A DNA stretch of 64,000 nt from contig OY761611.1 of the NCBI GenBank assembly GCA_963664875.1, positions 2,432,001-2,496,000 of the forward strand, in the 5' to 3' direction. Positions 53,592 through 63,757 of this stretch are shown here, piece by piece; the first letter of the stretch is position 1; every line of letters begins with the position of its first letter. This DNA is from Candidatus Kapaibacterium sp. (GTDB lineage: Bacteria > Bacteroidota > Ignavibacteria > Kapaibacteriales > UBA2268). The notes under the pieces were generated by a model. The model saw only the letters and a list, made by a program, of their open reading frames with translations. It was not told the origin of the DNA and searched no databases. The position numbers were made by a program, and so were the translations under genes.

Positions 53592-56558
53592 TTAACGCTG
53601 TTTTATGATGACAAAATTCTGATTGATGTTGTCGCTTGTAAGTGTTATCATATACTGTCCGTTAGGCAATTCGCTAATAGGTATAGAGACAGAGTTTTGG
53701 CCTTCCGGCATTTCTATAGAGCCGGAGCTTTGTTTAGAGCCGGTGTTAGAGTATATACTGTAATCTACCTTATCGGAGAAGTTAGAAGTATAACTGATAG
53801 TAATAAACTCAGCACTTGGCATAGGCGAAGGCTTGCCGATATAAAGCTCATAAGGCACACCGTTGCTGGTAAGTTTGAGCGGCACATCACATTTGGTCAG
53901 AGCGTCAAACTCGATAGGGGCGGCATCAGCAGCCACCGGCAAATAATCAGAGAAGCAATCGGCTTCAATGATGATAGTGTCTCTGTATCGTTCGGCTCTA
54001 ACTAAATCCGGGTGATAAATGACTTCAATACCTTTTTCTGTAAAAGGAGGAATAACTAATGGGAATTGACCTTTTGGCACGGAAAAATGTCTGTTGATTA
54101 CAGCGTAAGCATCAATTATAGTCTGAGGATACTCACCATAATTTTCTAAATAAACAGAATCCTTGCCGATATATCCCACCTTAAACTCGCCAAAATACTG
54201 CTCAGTTTTATCAGGGGAGCTGTCGATATCTGCCACAAGTCTAAGGGACATAGGATAGAGCGTATCAGTAACAGAAGTTACATTGCCGTAAGCATCGATA
54301 ATCCTGAGAGCATAAAAAGCAGGCTTTTTGGTGTCCAGCACCATCAATCTGACAGAGTATTTTGCAGCTTTGTTTTCCTGCTGCTTTTCGATATTATTTA
54401 AAGAATCGAAGATTACCTGATCAATACCCAAATCAAATTCGGTGGAGTCAGTAGCTACAATATCGATATACTTATTGCAATCCCCAGTCTGAGTAGTAAC
54501 TTTAGGTTTTTCCGAATCAGCCAAGAACTGATAAGACACACCGGCAACGTTTCTATCGAGACAGTCTCCGGTGATGTAAATGGTGTCTTTAATTACAAGA
54601 GGCGTATCCGAGCTAAAGCAGAGCTGAAACTTTTTAGTTTCTCCGGGTTGGAGATTTAAAGGTAGCTGAATATTTTCCAAGCCATAAGCTTTGCCCAACG
54701 TTTTGAAGTTGATATCGCTGATAGTTTGCTTGAACTTTCCATAGTTTTGCAGAATCAAATCGAAACAATGTGTAAGTTTAAGCTTAGAGTTTTTATGATT
54801 ATTCTCATAAATATCAGTAGCGTTAAGTTTTGATTCGTAGGCTACAGTGAAGCCCGGCAAATCAATTTTTTTACTGTATCCGAAGCCCATAGAATCTCTG
54901 ACAGTATAAGATATACTTGCATCAGCAAATCTGTCTAAGACTGCAGCTTTAAAAGAGATAATTTGAGGAGCATTAGATTTATCAATAGTCAGATCTAAGT
55001 TGGTGTTGTTGTCAATATTAAAGTATTCGATACCGGAATCATACGGTAAAGTATCAGTAACAACGACATCGGCGTTGAAACAGTCTTTTTTCTCTGTAAT
55101 AACAGGGTCTTTGTGGTCAAAAATTCTAAAGTTCATACCACCGATATATCCATAAGAATTAGCAGGGGCATAGCCATAGATATAAATGGCAATATCTTCA
55201 TCACAGGTGATAGTGTGTACCCCATCCGAGCTTTTAAGAACTTTGTATTCGTAGTCAGAGTTTGGTATCGGCAAATAACCTGTTTGAGGCACAGCCACTC
55301 CGTCAAATTTGAGAGAAGATTTACCTTTAGAAGGAAGAATTACCGCAACATACTGATCGGTATATAAGTTCGAACCGTCTTCTTTCGTTTGAGTATTGAT
55401 AAATTTGTATTCGTTATAGAACTGCTCCTTAGGATGGATTAGCATCATAAGTGGGTCACCGGTGTTGGACTTTCCCCCGGTTCCATTTGTTTGAGTAGTT
55501 TTAGCATAGGTTGCGACTTGCATTGGAGCAGAAGAAGAAAGATGAATAGCAGAATCAACATTTAGTTCTAAAAATTCAGCTCTATCTAAATTTTTTAGGA
55601 ACTGTCCGTTTAATGTAATCCTATTGTTATCAGAAGCGGAAAGTACACGAACAAGATCCTTATTTCTAATACCATCTTCTACAGTTTCGAAAGGAACAAC
55701 AAATGCACTTTTGTGCCACGATTCCACAGGTATTAGCTGTTGTAAAAGATAGTCTCGCGAAGGATTATTTGTGTTCTCTAATGGAATTTGTGCTCTTTGG
55801 TGTCCGCCGATAACGGTAACAGGGGCAGAGGCAACAATTCTTGTACCTGTAAGATCGTAAGCTACATCAGTGCTTTTAGCAGATTGCACTAAATATGAAT
55901 TTCCCTTATTCATGTTGATTGTAAAAGGCTGATCACCATGGACTTGGGTGGGGTTTCCAGCAGGAGGAGTTATTTCAACTGAAGTATTATCCTCAGTGGC
56001 AACAATTACAAACTGGGAAGGAGTAACATCTACTAAATTGAACCTCAAACCGGCTTTGTAACTCATAACATAATAATTTTTACCTATAGCATCTATAGGG
56101 TAAACTAATGTTGCATCGCTGGTGGTTACAGCTTGATTCTGGATATAAACAGATATTTCTTCATCACTTGTAAGGTGGAAAGAAGCAGGAGATATTTTTT
56201 CATTGTCGTTTTTAACATCTGTGTTGCCTAAAATATCCTTACTGTCATTCCATCCAATTAACTCCAAGTCTTTGTGGAAAAATTCTAATATCTCAATTTT
56301 ATTCACATCTATGATTTGAAATGTCTTTTGAGATGTTCCTCCGAATCTGTTTGTATAGTCAAGAGTGCAAGTCGTTGGAACATCTGCAGCTATGAATATA
56401 TAAAGTTTATCATCAGGATCGTTTTTACTATTATGATAATTCGGAGGGAAAGCAAACCAAAATTCTTTGCCTTTGCTGTCTGCAGGAGGCTTTTCTTGGG
56501 AGAACAGCAAGACTGAACTCAATATAAGCATCAGAAATAAAGTAGGGATATATCTCAT
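53592..56558 (-). CDS. IgGFc-binding-domain (FCGBP N-terminal-like) protein with Ig-like repeats and T9SS CTD
   Basis: DSKGKEFWFAFPPN, SDATLVYPIDAIGKNY, FVIVATEDNT, DLTGTRI, GDPLM, YGY...SYGY; C-terminal ELPNGQYMI...FVIIK. Confidence 0.85.
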   Translation of the reverse strand: MRYIPTLFLMLILSSVLLFSQEKPPADSKGKEFWFAFPPNYHNSKNDPDDKLYIFIAADVPTTCTLDYTNRFGGTSQKTFQIIDVNKIEILEFFHKDLELIGWNDSKDILGNTDVKNDNEKISPASFHLTSDEEISVYIQNQAVTTSDATLVYPIDAIGKNYYVMSYKAGLRFNLVDVTPSQFVIVATEDNTSVEITPPAGNPTQVHGDQPFTINMNKGNSYLVQSAKSTDVAYDLTGTRIVASAPVTVIGGHQRAQIPLENTNNPSRDYLLQQLIPVESWHKSAFVVPFETVEDGIRNKDLVRVLSASDNNRITLNGQFLKNLDRAEFLELNVDSAIHLSSSAPMQVATYAKTTQTNGTGGKSNTGDPLMMLIHPKEQFYNEYKFINTQTKEDGSNLYTDQYVAVILPSKGKSSLKFDGVAVPQTGYLPIPNSDYEYKVLKSSDGVHTITCDEDIAIYIYGYAPANSYGYIGGMNFRIFDHKDPVITEKKDCFNADVVVTDTLPYDSGIEYFNIDNNTNLDLTIDKSNAPQIISFKAAVLDRFADASISYTVRDSMGFGYSKKIDLPGFTVAYESKLNATDIYENNHKNSKLKLTHCFDLILQNYGKFKQTISDINFKTLGKAYGLENIQLPLNLQPGETKKFQLCFSSDTPLVIKDTIYITGDCLDRNVAGVSYQFLADSEKPKVTTQTGDCNKYIDIVATDSTEFDLGIDQVIFDSLNNIEKQQENKAAKYSVRLMVLDTKKPAFYALRIIDAYGNVTSVTDTLYPMSLRLVADIDSSPDKTEQYFGEFKVGYIGKDSVYLENYGEYPQTIIDAYAVINRHFSVPKGQFPLVIPPFTEKGIEVIYHPDLVRAERYRDTIIIEADCFSDYLPVAADAAPIEFDALTKCDVPLKLTSNGVPYELYIGKPSPMPSAEFITISYTSNFSDKVDYSIYSNTGSKQSSGSIEMPEGQNSVSIPISELPNGQYMITLTSDNINQNFVIIKQR

Positions 56559-56730
56559 ACAGCACCCGTTATTATTTATTTATAATTTTTATAATTTCTC
56601 TATTTATAGTACTTTGCAAGGCTTTTTTTTATAAGCGACTTATCACCTTAAGTCTTATTTTTAGTGTATTTGATATTTAACAAAATAGCAGATATGCAGT
56701 TCATGTTACTAATTATGGTACAGTTTAAAT

Positions 56731-57273
56731 ATGAAAAAGTTGCTACACGCCGAAATATTGGGGGAACGTATCTCCACCGAGGAATCGAAAGAAATCGAAC
56801 GTTTCCCTGTTTCTGTCATGTTAGATAATATTCGAAGTCTTTATAACGTAGGTTCTATTTTTCGCACCTGCGATTCAGCAAGAGTTGCTAAACTTATAAT
56901 GTGCGGCTTTACTCCTCATCCGCCAAGAAAAGAAATCGAAAAAACTGCACTTGGTGCTGTCGATACAGTGCCATGGCAATATGAACAAGACATATTGAAA
57001 GCTATAAAAGAACAAAAGGCTCTTGGCATAAAGGTAATCGCAGTAGAGCTAACTGATAAAAAGCGCGATTATACTAGTCTGACTGCTGACGATTTTCCGA
57101 TTTGCCTCGTCCTTGGTAATGAGCTATCGGGCATTTCTGATGAGGTGCTTGCCGAATGCGATGACGCAATAGAAATACCCATGCACGGAGTGAAACACTC
57201 TCTCAATGTTGGCGTCGCTGCCGGCATCACTATTTTTGAATCCATAAGAATATGGAAAGAAAACAGTCTCTAA
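56731..57273 (+). CDS. TrmH/SpoU-family RNA methyltransferase
   Basis: LDNIRSLYNVGSIFRT, LGNELSGI, IPMHGVKHSLNV. Confidence 0.93.
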   Translation: MKKLLHAEILGERISTEESKEIERFPVSVMLDNIRSLYNVGSIFRTCDSARVAKLIMCGFTPHPPRKEIEKTALGAVDTVPWQYEQDILKAIKEQKALGIKVIAVELTDKKRDYTSLTADDFPICLVLGNELSGISDEVLAECDDAIEIPMHGVKHSLNVGVAAGITIFESIRIWKENSL

Positions 57274-57334
57274 TCAAAAGCCCATATTTTAAAGAACACA
57301 TGAGATAATATTTAGTTACAAAGAAAACAGAAAT

Positions 57335-58099
57335 ATGAGAAATAAAATTGCTGTCCCTGACACTCCCTACCTGAAAGATTTGTTTGCCAATGCAGATAGG
57401 GTAAAAAAAGAATATGATATAGAGTTTTTTATTGTGCCCGAACATCAAATTGGAGAGTATTTTCATAATAACAGATTTGATTTGGCACTGCTCTCACCTG
57501 CAGATTATGCAATGGGAATTGGCAATGCAGATTATAGAATTGTTGAGGGACCTTGCTTTGCAGCTGAAGCATTCACCCGATTGGCTTCAGTATATTTCAA
57601 GCCTAATCTTGCTTCCATTTCTTCGATTGGAAGTGCAAATAAAGACAATTTTATGGTGCAAATTGCCAAATTACTCATGGCTGAAAGATATGAAATATAC
57701 TCAGAGATTCGAAAAAGTTCTACACAGATTGATGAAGCATTGACTGAAAACGATGCGTTTATTACTTTGACTCATAGTGATAATGCTGCTTTGGATATAA
57801 GTGAGGAATGGTATTTAAATTCTTCATCACCACTTCCATTGGCTTTTTGGGTCTGCAGAAACGAAGAAGCTCCGGATAATATAATTGAAATATTGAATAA
57901 ACTTGCTGTGGACTTCTATAAATCTGATATTATTATTCATGAGCATTCCGAAGACGAACTGATGGTAAGAGAGGGCAGAATTATTAGACACTGGAATGAA
58001 GAAATTTCTAATTCCTTGGTAGAGGTTATGGAATTGCTTTATTATCATCAAATAATTCCCGAAATCGGCGATGTAAAAATGTATGGTTATGATGATTAG
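57335..58099 (+). CDS. MqnA/MqnD-family protein (chorismate dehydratase-like), divergent
   Basis: DLALLSPADYA, DISEEWY, PLPLAFWVCR resemble MqnA motifs (D.ALvs..ey, DLg.eW, PfvfAvW). Confidence 0.55.
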   Translation: MRNKIAVPDTPYLKDLFANADRVKKEYDIEFFIVPEHQIGEYFHNNRFDLALLSPADYAMGIGNADYRIVEGPCFAAEAFTRLASVYFKPNLASISSIGSANKDNFMVQIAKLLMAERYEIYSEIRKSSTQIDEALTENDAFITLTHSDNAALDISEEWYLNSSSPLPLAFWVCRNEEAPDNIIEILNKLAVDFYKSDIIIHEHSEDELMVREGRIIRHWNEEISNSLVEVMELLYYHQIIPEIGDVKMYGYDD

Positions 58100-58105
58100 T
58101 TTATT

Positions 58106-59266
58106 ATGCTGATAACTCCAAAACAAACAAATCGTTTTCGTACTGTCGGTATTATGTCCGGTACATCTATGGATGGTATAGACACCGCTATAGTAGATTT
58201 TTTGTATAAAGATGGTATTATAAGCTACGAAATGATTGCCTATCAGGAGTATGACTACCCGGAAGAGCTGAAAAAAAAGATACTCTATATGCTAATTGGT
58301 GGGCTTACTTTGCAGGATGTTGCCTCTGTAAATACTTACATTGCTGAAATATATGCAGGAGCTACCCTGAACATTTTGGCAGAAAACAAAATATCTACTG
58401 ACGAGATTGATTTTATTGGTTGCCATGGTCAGACTCTTTGGCATCAGCCTAAGGCATATCAGTTTTGTGGTAAAGGTATCAGAACCACTTTCCAGGCTAT
58501 AGATGCTGCAGTACTTGCCCATAAGACCGGGATATCTGTAATTTCAGATTTCAGATCGGCAGATATGGCTGCATCAGGCCAGGCTGCACCATTAGTTCCG
58601 ATATTTGATTATTATTTTCTTTCTTCAGATAAGCACCGAGCTGTCCTAAATATAGGCGGCGTGTCCAATGTTACTCTTCTGCCTCCCTGCTGCGAAAGAG
58701 AAAATATATTTGCATTTGATACCGGACCTGGCAATGTAATGATTGATATAGTTGTAAGTAAGCTATATGGCAAAAAGTATGACGCAAAAGGTCAAATAGC
58801 AACTTCAGGGACTTTGGTACAAGATTTATTTGAAGAGCTAAAGTCTATCCCATTTATACTCGAAAAACCTCCCAAATCGACCGGTAGAGAATTTTTTTCA
58901 GAGCGATATGTTTCAGAGCTATTAGAAAAGTATCGCTATGCCAAAAGTGAGGATTTGGTTTGTACATTTAGCTATTTTACTGCTTATGCAGTAGCAGAAA
59001 ATATTAGACTATATGGTGAAGCTGAATGCGAGATTATTTGTTCGGGTGGTGGTGCAAAAAATAAATTTATCATGTCTAAAATTACCGAGCTTTTACCTGA
59101 AAGTAGAATGCTCGATACGGAAGCTCTGGGACTTAATCCGGATGCAAAAGAAGCAATCGCATTTGCATTTTTAGCTGTGCTTTTTGCGACCGAAGCCCCC
59201 GGCAACATTTTATCGGTTACCGGGGCAACTAAAGAGAAAGTATTAGGCAGCTTTACTCCTGCCTAA
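58106..59266 (+). CDS. anmK: Anhydro-N-acetylmuramic acid kinase
   Basis: GIMSGTSMDGID, GCHGQTLWHQP, DFRSADMAASGQAAPLVP, LNIGGVSN, FDTGPGN, PPKSTGRE, KEAIAFA. Confidence 0.97.
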   Translation: MLITPKQTNRFRTVGIMSGTSMDGIDTAIVDFLYKDGIISYEMIAYQEYDYPEELKKKILYMLIGGLTLQDVASVNTYIAEIYAGATLNILAENKISTDEIDFIGCHGQTLWHQPKAYQFCGKGIRTTFQAIDAAVLAHKTGISVISDFRSADMAASGQAAPLVPIFDYYFLSSDKHRAVLNIGGVSNVTLLPPCCERENIFAFDTGPGNVMIDIVVSKLYGKKYDAKGQIATSGTLVQDLFEELKSIPFILEKPPKSTGREFFSERYVSELLEKYRYAKSEDLVCTFSYFTAYAVAENIRLYGEAECEIICSGGGAKNKFIMSKITELLPESRMLDTEALGLNPDAKEAIAFAFLAVLFATEAPGNILSVTGATKEKVLGSFTPA

Positions 59267-60369
59267 TCAGTTAAAGAATCGTTCCGTAGAATATTTGCTT
59301 CCGCAGTTTCATTTGTCTTAACAAGTTTTACTATCTCCCCCGGGTAAGTGTCTATCAATCGTACATTTTTTTCGTTTGCAGCTGTCTTTGCACGAATAAT
59401 TGGTTCGTCCCAGGCATGGAGAGCAAGATTGAAAGTGCCCCAATGGATAGGTAACATTTGTTCACCTTTTACTGTTTTGTGTGCATCAATAGCTTCTTCC
59501 GGAGTCATGTGTATCAAAGGCCAGTTATTTCCGTAGGCACCTAACTGCACTAAAGTCAAATCAAATGGCCCCAACTTATTGCCGATTTCTGAGAAAGAAG
59601 GCATTGCACCTGTGTCGCCTGTATAATAAAAATTGTAATTGTCAGTTTTTACAGCAAAGCCTGACCACAAAGTAGAATATCTATTGGTCAGCCCACGACC
59701 TGAGCCATGCCTTGCAGGGGTGGCTGTAATTTCGAAATCAAAAAGATTAACAGAATCCCACCAGTCCAGTTCCACAATTTTATTTTCATCGACTCCCCAA
59801 GATTTTAAATAACTACCGACAGCGAGAGGTACAACAAACATCGAAGTTTTATCTTTAAGTATTTCGATAGTGTTTTTGTCTAAATGGTCGTAGTGGTCGT
59901 GAGAAATCAGAATAATATCAAGCATAGGGAAACTTTCGGCATCTAAGGGTGCCGGGTGGAAACGTTCCGTGCCTATCCACTGCACCGGAGAAGGTCTATT
60001 GCTAAATACCGGATCGGTTAGTATATATTTGCCTTGTAGTTTGAGCAGCACTGACGAATGTCCAAGCCAGATAACATAGTTTTCGTCATTAGGTAAATGT
60101 TCTAATTCTTCTTTAGACAACAATCTGTGCTTAGGAATAAACTCCGGAATAGCACGTTTTGATTTATTGAAAAGAACATCTTTGCTCATCTCAAAAACCG
60201 AAGTGACTATAGTCGGAGTTGGTAGCAAGTTGTGAAACTTTCCGTCTCTGTAATTAGGCGATTTATTTAATCTGTCCATTGTTTTCGAATCATGGCTAAC
60301 AGAAATTGTATTGCACGAGTTTAAACTTATCATCAGAAATGTTCCAATCAGAAGTAGTTGTAAAAACAT
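59263..60369 (-). CDS. MBL-fold metallohydrolase (NAPE-PLD/RomA-like), probable lipoprotein
   Basis: WLGHSS, TDPVFS, SHDHYDHLD, TPARH, GDTG, HMTPEEA, PIHWGTF; LNSC lipobox. Confidence 0.92.
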   Translation of the reverse strand: MFLQLLLIGTFLMISLNSCNTISVSHDSKTMDRLNKSPNYRDGKFHNLLPTPTIVTSVFEMSKDVLFNKSKRAIPEFIPKHRLLSKEELEHLPNDENYVIWLGHSSVLLKLQGKYILTDPVFSNRPSPVQWIGTERFHPAPLDAESFPMLDIILISHDHYDHLDKNTIEILKDKTSMFVVPLAVGSYLKSWGVDENKIVELDWWDSVNLFDFEITATPARHGSGRGLTNRYSTLWSGFAVKTDNYNFYYTGDTGAMPSFSEIGNKLGPFDLTLVQLGAYGNNWPLIHMTPEEAIDAHKTVKGEQMLPIHWGTFNLALHAWDEPIIRAKTAANEKNVRLIDTYPGEIVKLVKTNETAEANILRNDSLTD

Positions 60370-60478
60370 ATATCTTCTCCTTAGTTATTAAAAACATAAA
60401 ACGGAGAAAGATATAAATTGTTACAACATTGGAGATTAAAGCCGAGGGTATTATCTAATCGAATAGCTGATTGCATAT

Positions 60479-60518
60479 AAAAAAACCGGGCTTCAATTAA
60501 GAAAACCCGGCTTTTTTT
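60479..60518 (-). terminator. Terminator after the Omp28-related gene
   Basis: CCGGG.TTC / GAA.ACCCGG stem with A and T runs on both sides. Confidence 0.65.
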
Positions 60519-60544
60519 ATCTTAAGGAAAAGTGTAAAGCATTG

Positions 60545-62881
60545 TTATTTTTCAACAACAACAGAGATCTGCTGTACAGCAGAGTTGTCAGCTTTGATAA
60601 CAAGGAAGTATTTGCCGGCTGCTAAAGCAGTAACGTCAAATTTTAAAGTATTGTTACCTGAAACGATATTAGCACTGCCTAAGTTTGCAACAGTTTTACC
60701 ACTGATGTCAGCCAAAGTATATTCAACAGCTAATACATTATTGCCTGTATAGTTGAAATCTAAAGTAGCTGTGTTTGCAACCGGGTTAGGCATAATTTTC
60801 AAAGAAGAATTAGCAACAAATTCTTCACTCACTGAAGTGCCTTCGCCTTCGCCAAAAATAGAAAGTGTAATAGTTGGATTTTTAGAGTCATTGCTGTTGA
60901 TGATAATGTCAGAAATGTATAATTCATCAGATTTTGGAGTGAATTTTACAGTAATAGTTGATTTTTCGCCTGCAGCAACTTCAAAAGAAGAAGGAGTACC
61001 AACTATTTCAAATACACCGTCCGGATCATCAGAAACAGTCAAAGAAGAAATAGATAAAGTAGCTTGTCCGTTGTTTGCAATTTCAAATGTTTTTTCAGAA
61101 GAAGTATTAACTTGAACTTTATCGAAATCCATGTCAGAAACATTTACTGCTATTTCAGGAGTAGCACCGCCACCACTTACAACGCCGAATTCATCAGCCC
61201 AGAAAGAGTTTCCGCTTGTTCCCGGAGTCAAAGAATATTTGATCAGGATTGTTTTACCGGCATAAGCATTTAAGCTTACAACTTCTTTTACATATTCAGA
61301 AGATTTTGGAACGTAGAGAGCATCTGTACTGCCTGCAGCAGTAGATGTAGCTTTCATTGTTTTAACAACAGTCCAATTTGCACCGTCGTCTTCTGATACT
61401 TCTAATTTGATAGAAGGAGCCGTTCCTCCAAATCCGCCATCAGAATATGCATAATGATAAACAAAAGCAGGACCTTCGATAGAAGTTAAGTCAGCTTCGC
61501 CAAACATAATTTTTGCAGGTTTACCATTTAATCCCCAAGATTCATGCAGATAGAATAATAGTGCATTGCGAGTACCTTCAGCACCATACGCTGTCGAAGA
61601 GCTTGAAGCTATAGTGAAAGCATCGTTTTCAGTCATGTCAAATGCTACATTTGCAGGCATACCTGTTTCAAATCCAAATGTTTGTTCTGCAAATGCTTTT
61701 CTTGCGAATCGAATACCAGAGAATGATGAAGAGTTGTCGTTTTTAGACCAATCAACAATCAAATTACCGGTAACATCGCTATTATTGATATTGCCAAAAC
61801 CGGAAATTGAAACGCTATAGTTACCTGTGAATGTTGCATCTACCTGACCGAAGTCAACTATCGTAGATTCACCGTTTGCCAAAGTACCATTAAATGTTTT
61901 TGTAGTTTTTACTCCACCCATGTCAACTGTTAAGTCAAATTGAGTAACCGGAGTGTCGAAGTTATTTGTAACTTTCACAACAGGGTTTAGAGATTCAAAG
62001 AAATAGCCGGTAGGCAATACAGTTTGATCTTCTAAAGATAACATAACTTTATTTTCTGCAGGGATGTCAACTTTTGCACCACCGGCAGTTATAATGTTTG
62101 CCTGACCTTGAGAGATAAAAGCAACAACTTCTAAGTTCGTAATATCAAGATCGATATTAGTGATACTTTCAGGAAGAGTAACTTTATATTCTTTTTCGCC
62201 AAAAGTTCCTGAAGTGGTTTGAGTAATTTGATCGCCCCAAACAGAAGATGTAATAGCCATACGTAAAGCATGTTGGTGTCTGTAAAGACCATCTGCAGTT
62301 ACGTAATCAGGGTTATATGCAGCACCATTAGCTTGATAGCCAACGATTTCACTTTGAGTCAAAAGTACAGTAAGATTGTTTGTAGGGTTAGCTTCGTTGG
62401 CTGTATAGTAATATTCTACTTTTACTGTAAGTTCACGAGTAGCAAGATCTACATTTGCTGCTACCCCAATATTTACAGGGGAAGATTGTGAAAGAATATT
62501 GTTTGCTGTAGCTGCCCATTGGTTTCTGCTCATTGCCCAAGGAGTTGTGCTTCTGTTAACTGAACCCATAGGGTAACCTTGTATGCCTGCAGGAACTGCA
62601 AGCTGATCACCGGCAGTGGTACGCAAATCAGGATGTCCTGAGCCTGTTTGAGGAGCAGCGTAACCGCCGGTGTGAATATTCACGGCGTAGAATCTGCCTT
62701 CGTTTGCGTGTTTTAGTTCAGTAGCGATTCTATGACCATCAGGGCAATAACCGCAATAGATGCCTGTGTACTCTTCTAATACAACATTTCTATTAGAAGG
62801 TTGAGTGCTAACGATAGTTTGTGCTTCTGATACAGCCCAAAAACCGATCAATGCAGCAAACAAGAATAGAAAACGTTTCAT
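60545..62881 (-). CDS. Omp28-related thioredoxin-fold protein with ASH/Ig-like domain and T9SS CTD
   Basis: VVLEEYTGIYCGYCPDG (CxxC), GYPMGSVNR, YRHQHALR; IANNGQATLSI...F.P...SND Ig/ASH domain; IMPNP...LAAGKYF CTD. Confidence 0.9.
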   Translation of the reverse strand: MKRFLFLFAALIGFWAVSEAQTIVSTQPSNRNVVLEEYTGIYCGYCPDGHRIATELKHANEGRFYAVNIHTGGYAAPQTGSGHPDLRTTAGDQLAVPAGIQGYPMGSVNRSTTPWAMSRNQWAATANNILSQSSPVNIGVAANVDLATRELTVKVEYYYTANEANPTNNLTVLLTQSEIVGYQANGAAYNPDYVTADGLYRHQHALRMAITSSVWGDQITQTTSGTFGEKEYKVTLPESITNIDLDITNLEVVAFISQGQANIITAGGAKVDIPAENKVMLSLEDQTVLPTGYFFESLNPVVKVTNNFDTPVTQFDLTVDMGGVKTTKTFNGTLANGESTIVDFGQVDATFTGNYSVSISGFGNINNSDVTGNLIVDWSKNDNSSSFSGIRFARKAFAEQTFGFETGMPANVAFDMTENDAFTIASSSSTAYGAEGTRNALLFYLHESWGLNGKPAKIMFGEADLTSIEGPAFVYHYAYSDGGFGGTAPSIKLEVSEDDGANWTVVKTMKATSTAAGSTDALYVPKSSEYVKEVVSLNAYAGKTILIKYSLTPGTSGNSFWADEFGVVSGGGATPEIAVNVSDMDFDKVQVNTSSEKTFEIANNGQATLSISSLTVSDDPDGVFEIVGTPSSFEVAAGEKSTITVKFTPKSDELYISDIIINSNDSKNPTITLSIFGEGEGTSVSEEFVANSSLKIMPNPVANTATLDFNYTGNNVLAVEYTLADISGKTVANLGSANIVSGNNTLKFDVTALAAGKYFLVIKADNSAVQQISVVVEK

Positions 62882-63270
62882 AGCTCACCTTTTGGTGTTA
62901 ATAAATAATAATATAAAAAGTGCGACTTGTCTTTTAGTATTCCTTTATAAGAGCGTTATTTTACAAAATACTAAAAAAAATCCATTTTGCAAGCTCTTAT
63001 TTCTGAAAAAATAGTAAGCAAATTCACCGAGGATGACATAAGAATCGTGTAACACTATGTATAATAAGCAAATAGAACGATGCCGAACAGTGTTGGAATA
63101 TAAAGATGATATTAGAAAATATTAATTGCTAATGAGGGATCATTTGTTAGTGCTAAGCTGCTTGGAATTAGTACAAACAAATACTAAAAAATGCTGATGA
63201 TATTTGTACAAATTTAGTTCAATAATAAACTAAAAACTCTGTGCTGCACGGGGTTGGGGGGATACTTTCC

Positions 63271-63753
63271 CTATTTAATTGGTTTTGGAATAAAATCATT
63301 GATGCTTTTATTTACAAAATCCAACGACATATTGCTTACTTGTGCAATTTTTTCTAAGGAGAGCCCTTCTGTAAATAATCTAAAGCAAAGATGTTCCATA
63401 CTTTCTCCAATTTCGACGATGTTTTGGTCAGGATCCAAAAAACGCATGACTTTTTGACGCCAAGGTTGTTCGCGGATTTTATGCACAAAAGCAACTCCGT
63501 GATCACTAAGTTTTGCTGACAAATCCTCCAAATCATCAGATTCGAAATATAACTCAAAGGCATAAGTTGACTTGCCTACTTCTCGACCTGTTAAAGTAGA
63601 AAAATGAGATGCAAGATGAAGAGCAAAACCGGATTTAAAACTTATATTTTCACCAAAATCAAATTCTATTTCCTGGCCTAATAAATCCCTATAGAAATAT
63701 AATGATTGTTGTAAATCACTGACAGCAATCAACGCACATTTATATCTAATCAT
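63271..63753 (-). CDS. VOC (glyoxalase-like) family protein
   Basis: VSDLQQSLYFYRDLLG, ELYFE, EQPWRQKVMRFLDPDQNIVEIGE. Confidence 0.9.
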   Translation of the reverse strand: MIRYKCALIAVSDLQQSLYFYRDLLGQEIEFDFGENISFKSGFALHLASHFSTLTGREVGKSTYAFELYFESDDLEDLSAKLSDHGVAFVHKIREQPWRQKVMRFLDPDQNIVEIGESMEHLCFRLFTEGLSLEKIAQVSNMSLDFVNKSINDFIPKPIK

Positions 63754-63757
63754 TTAT

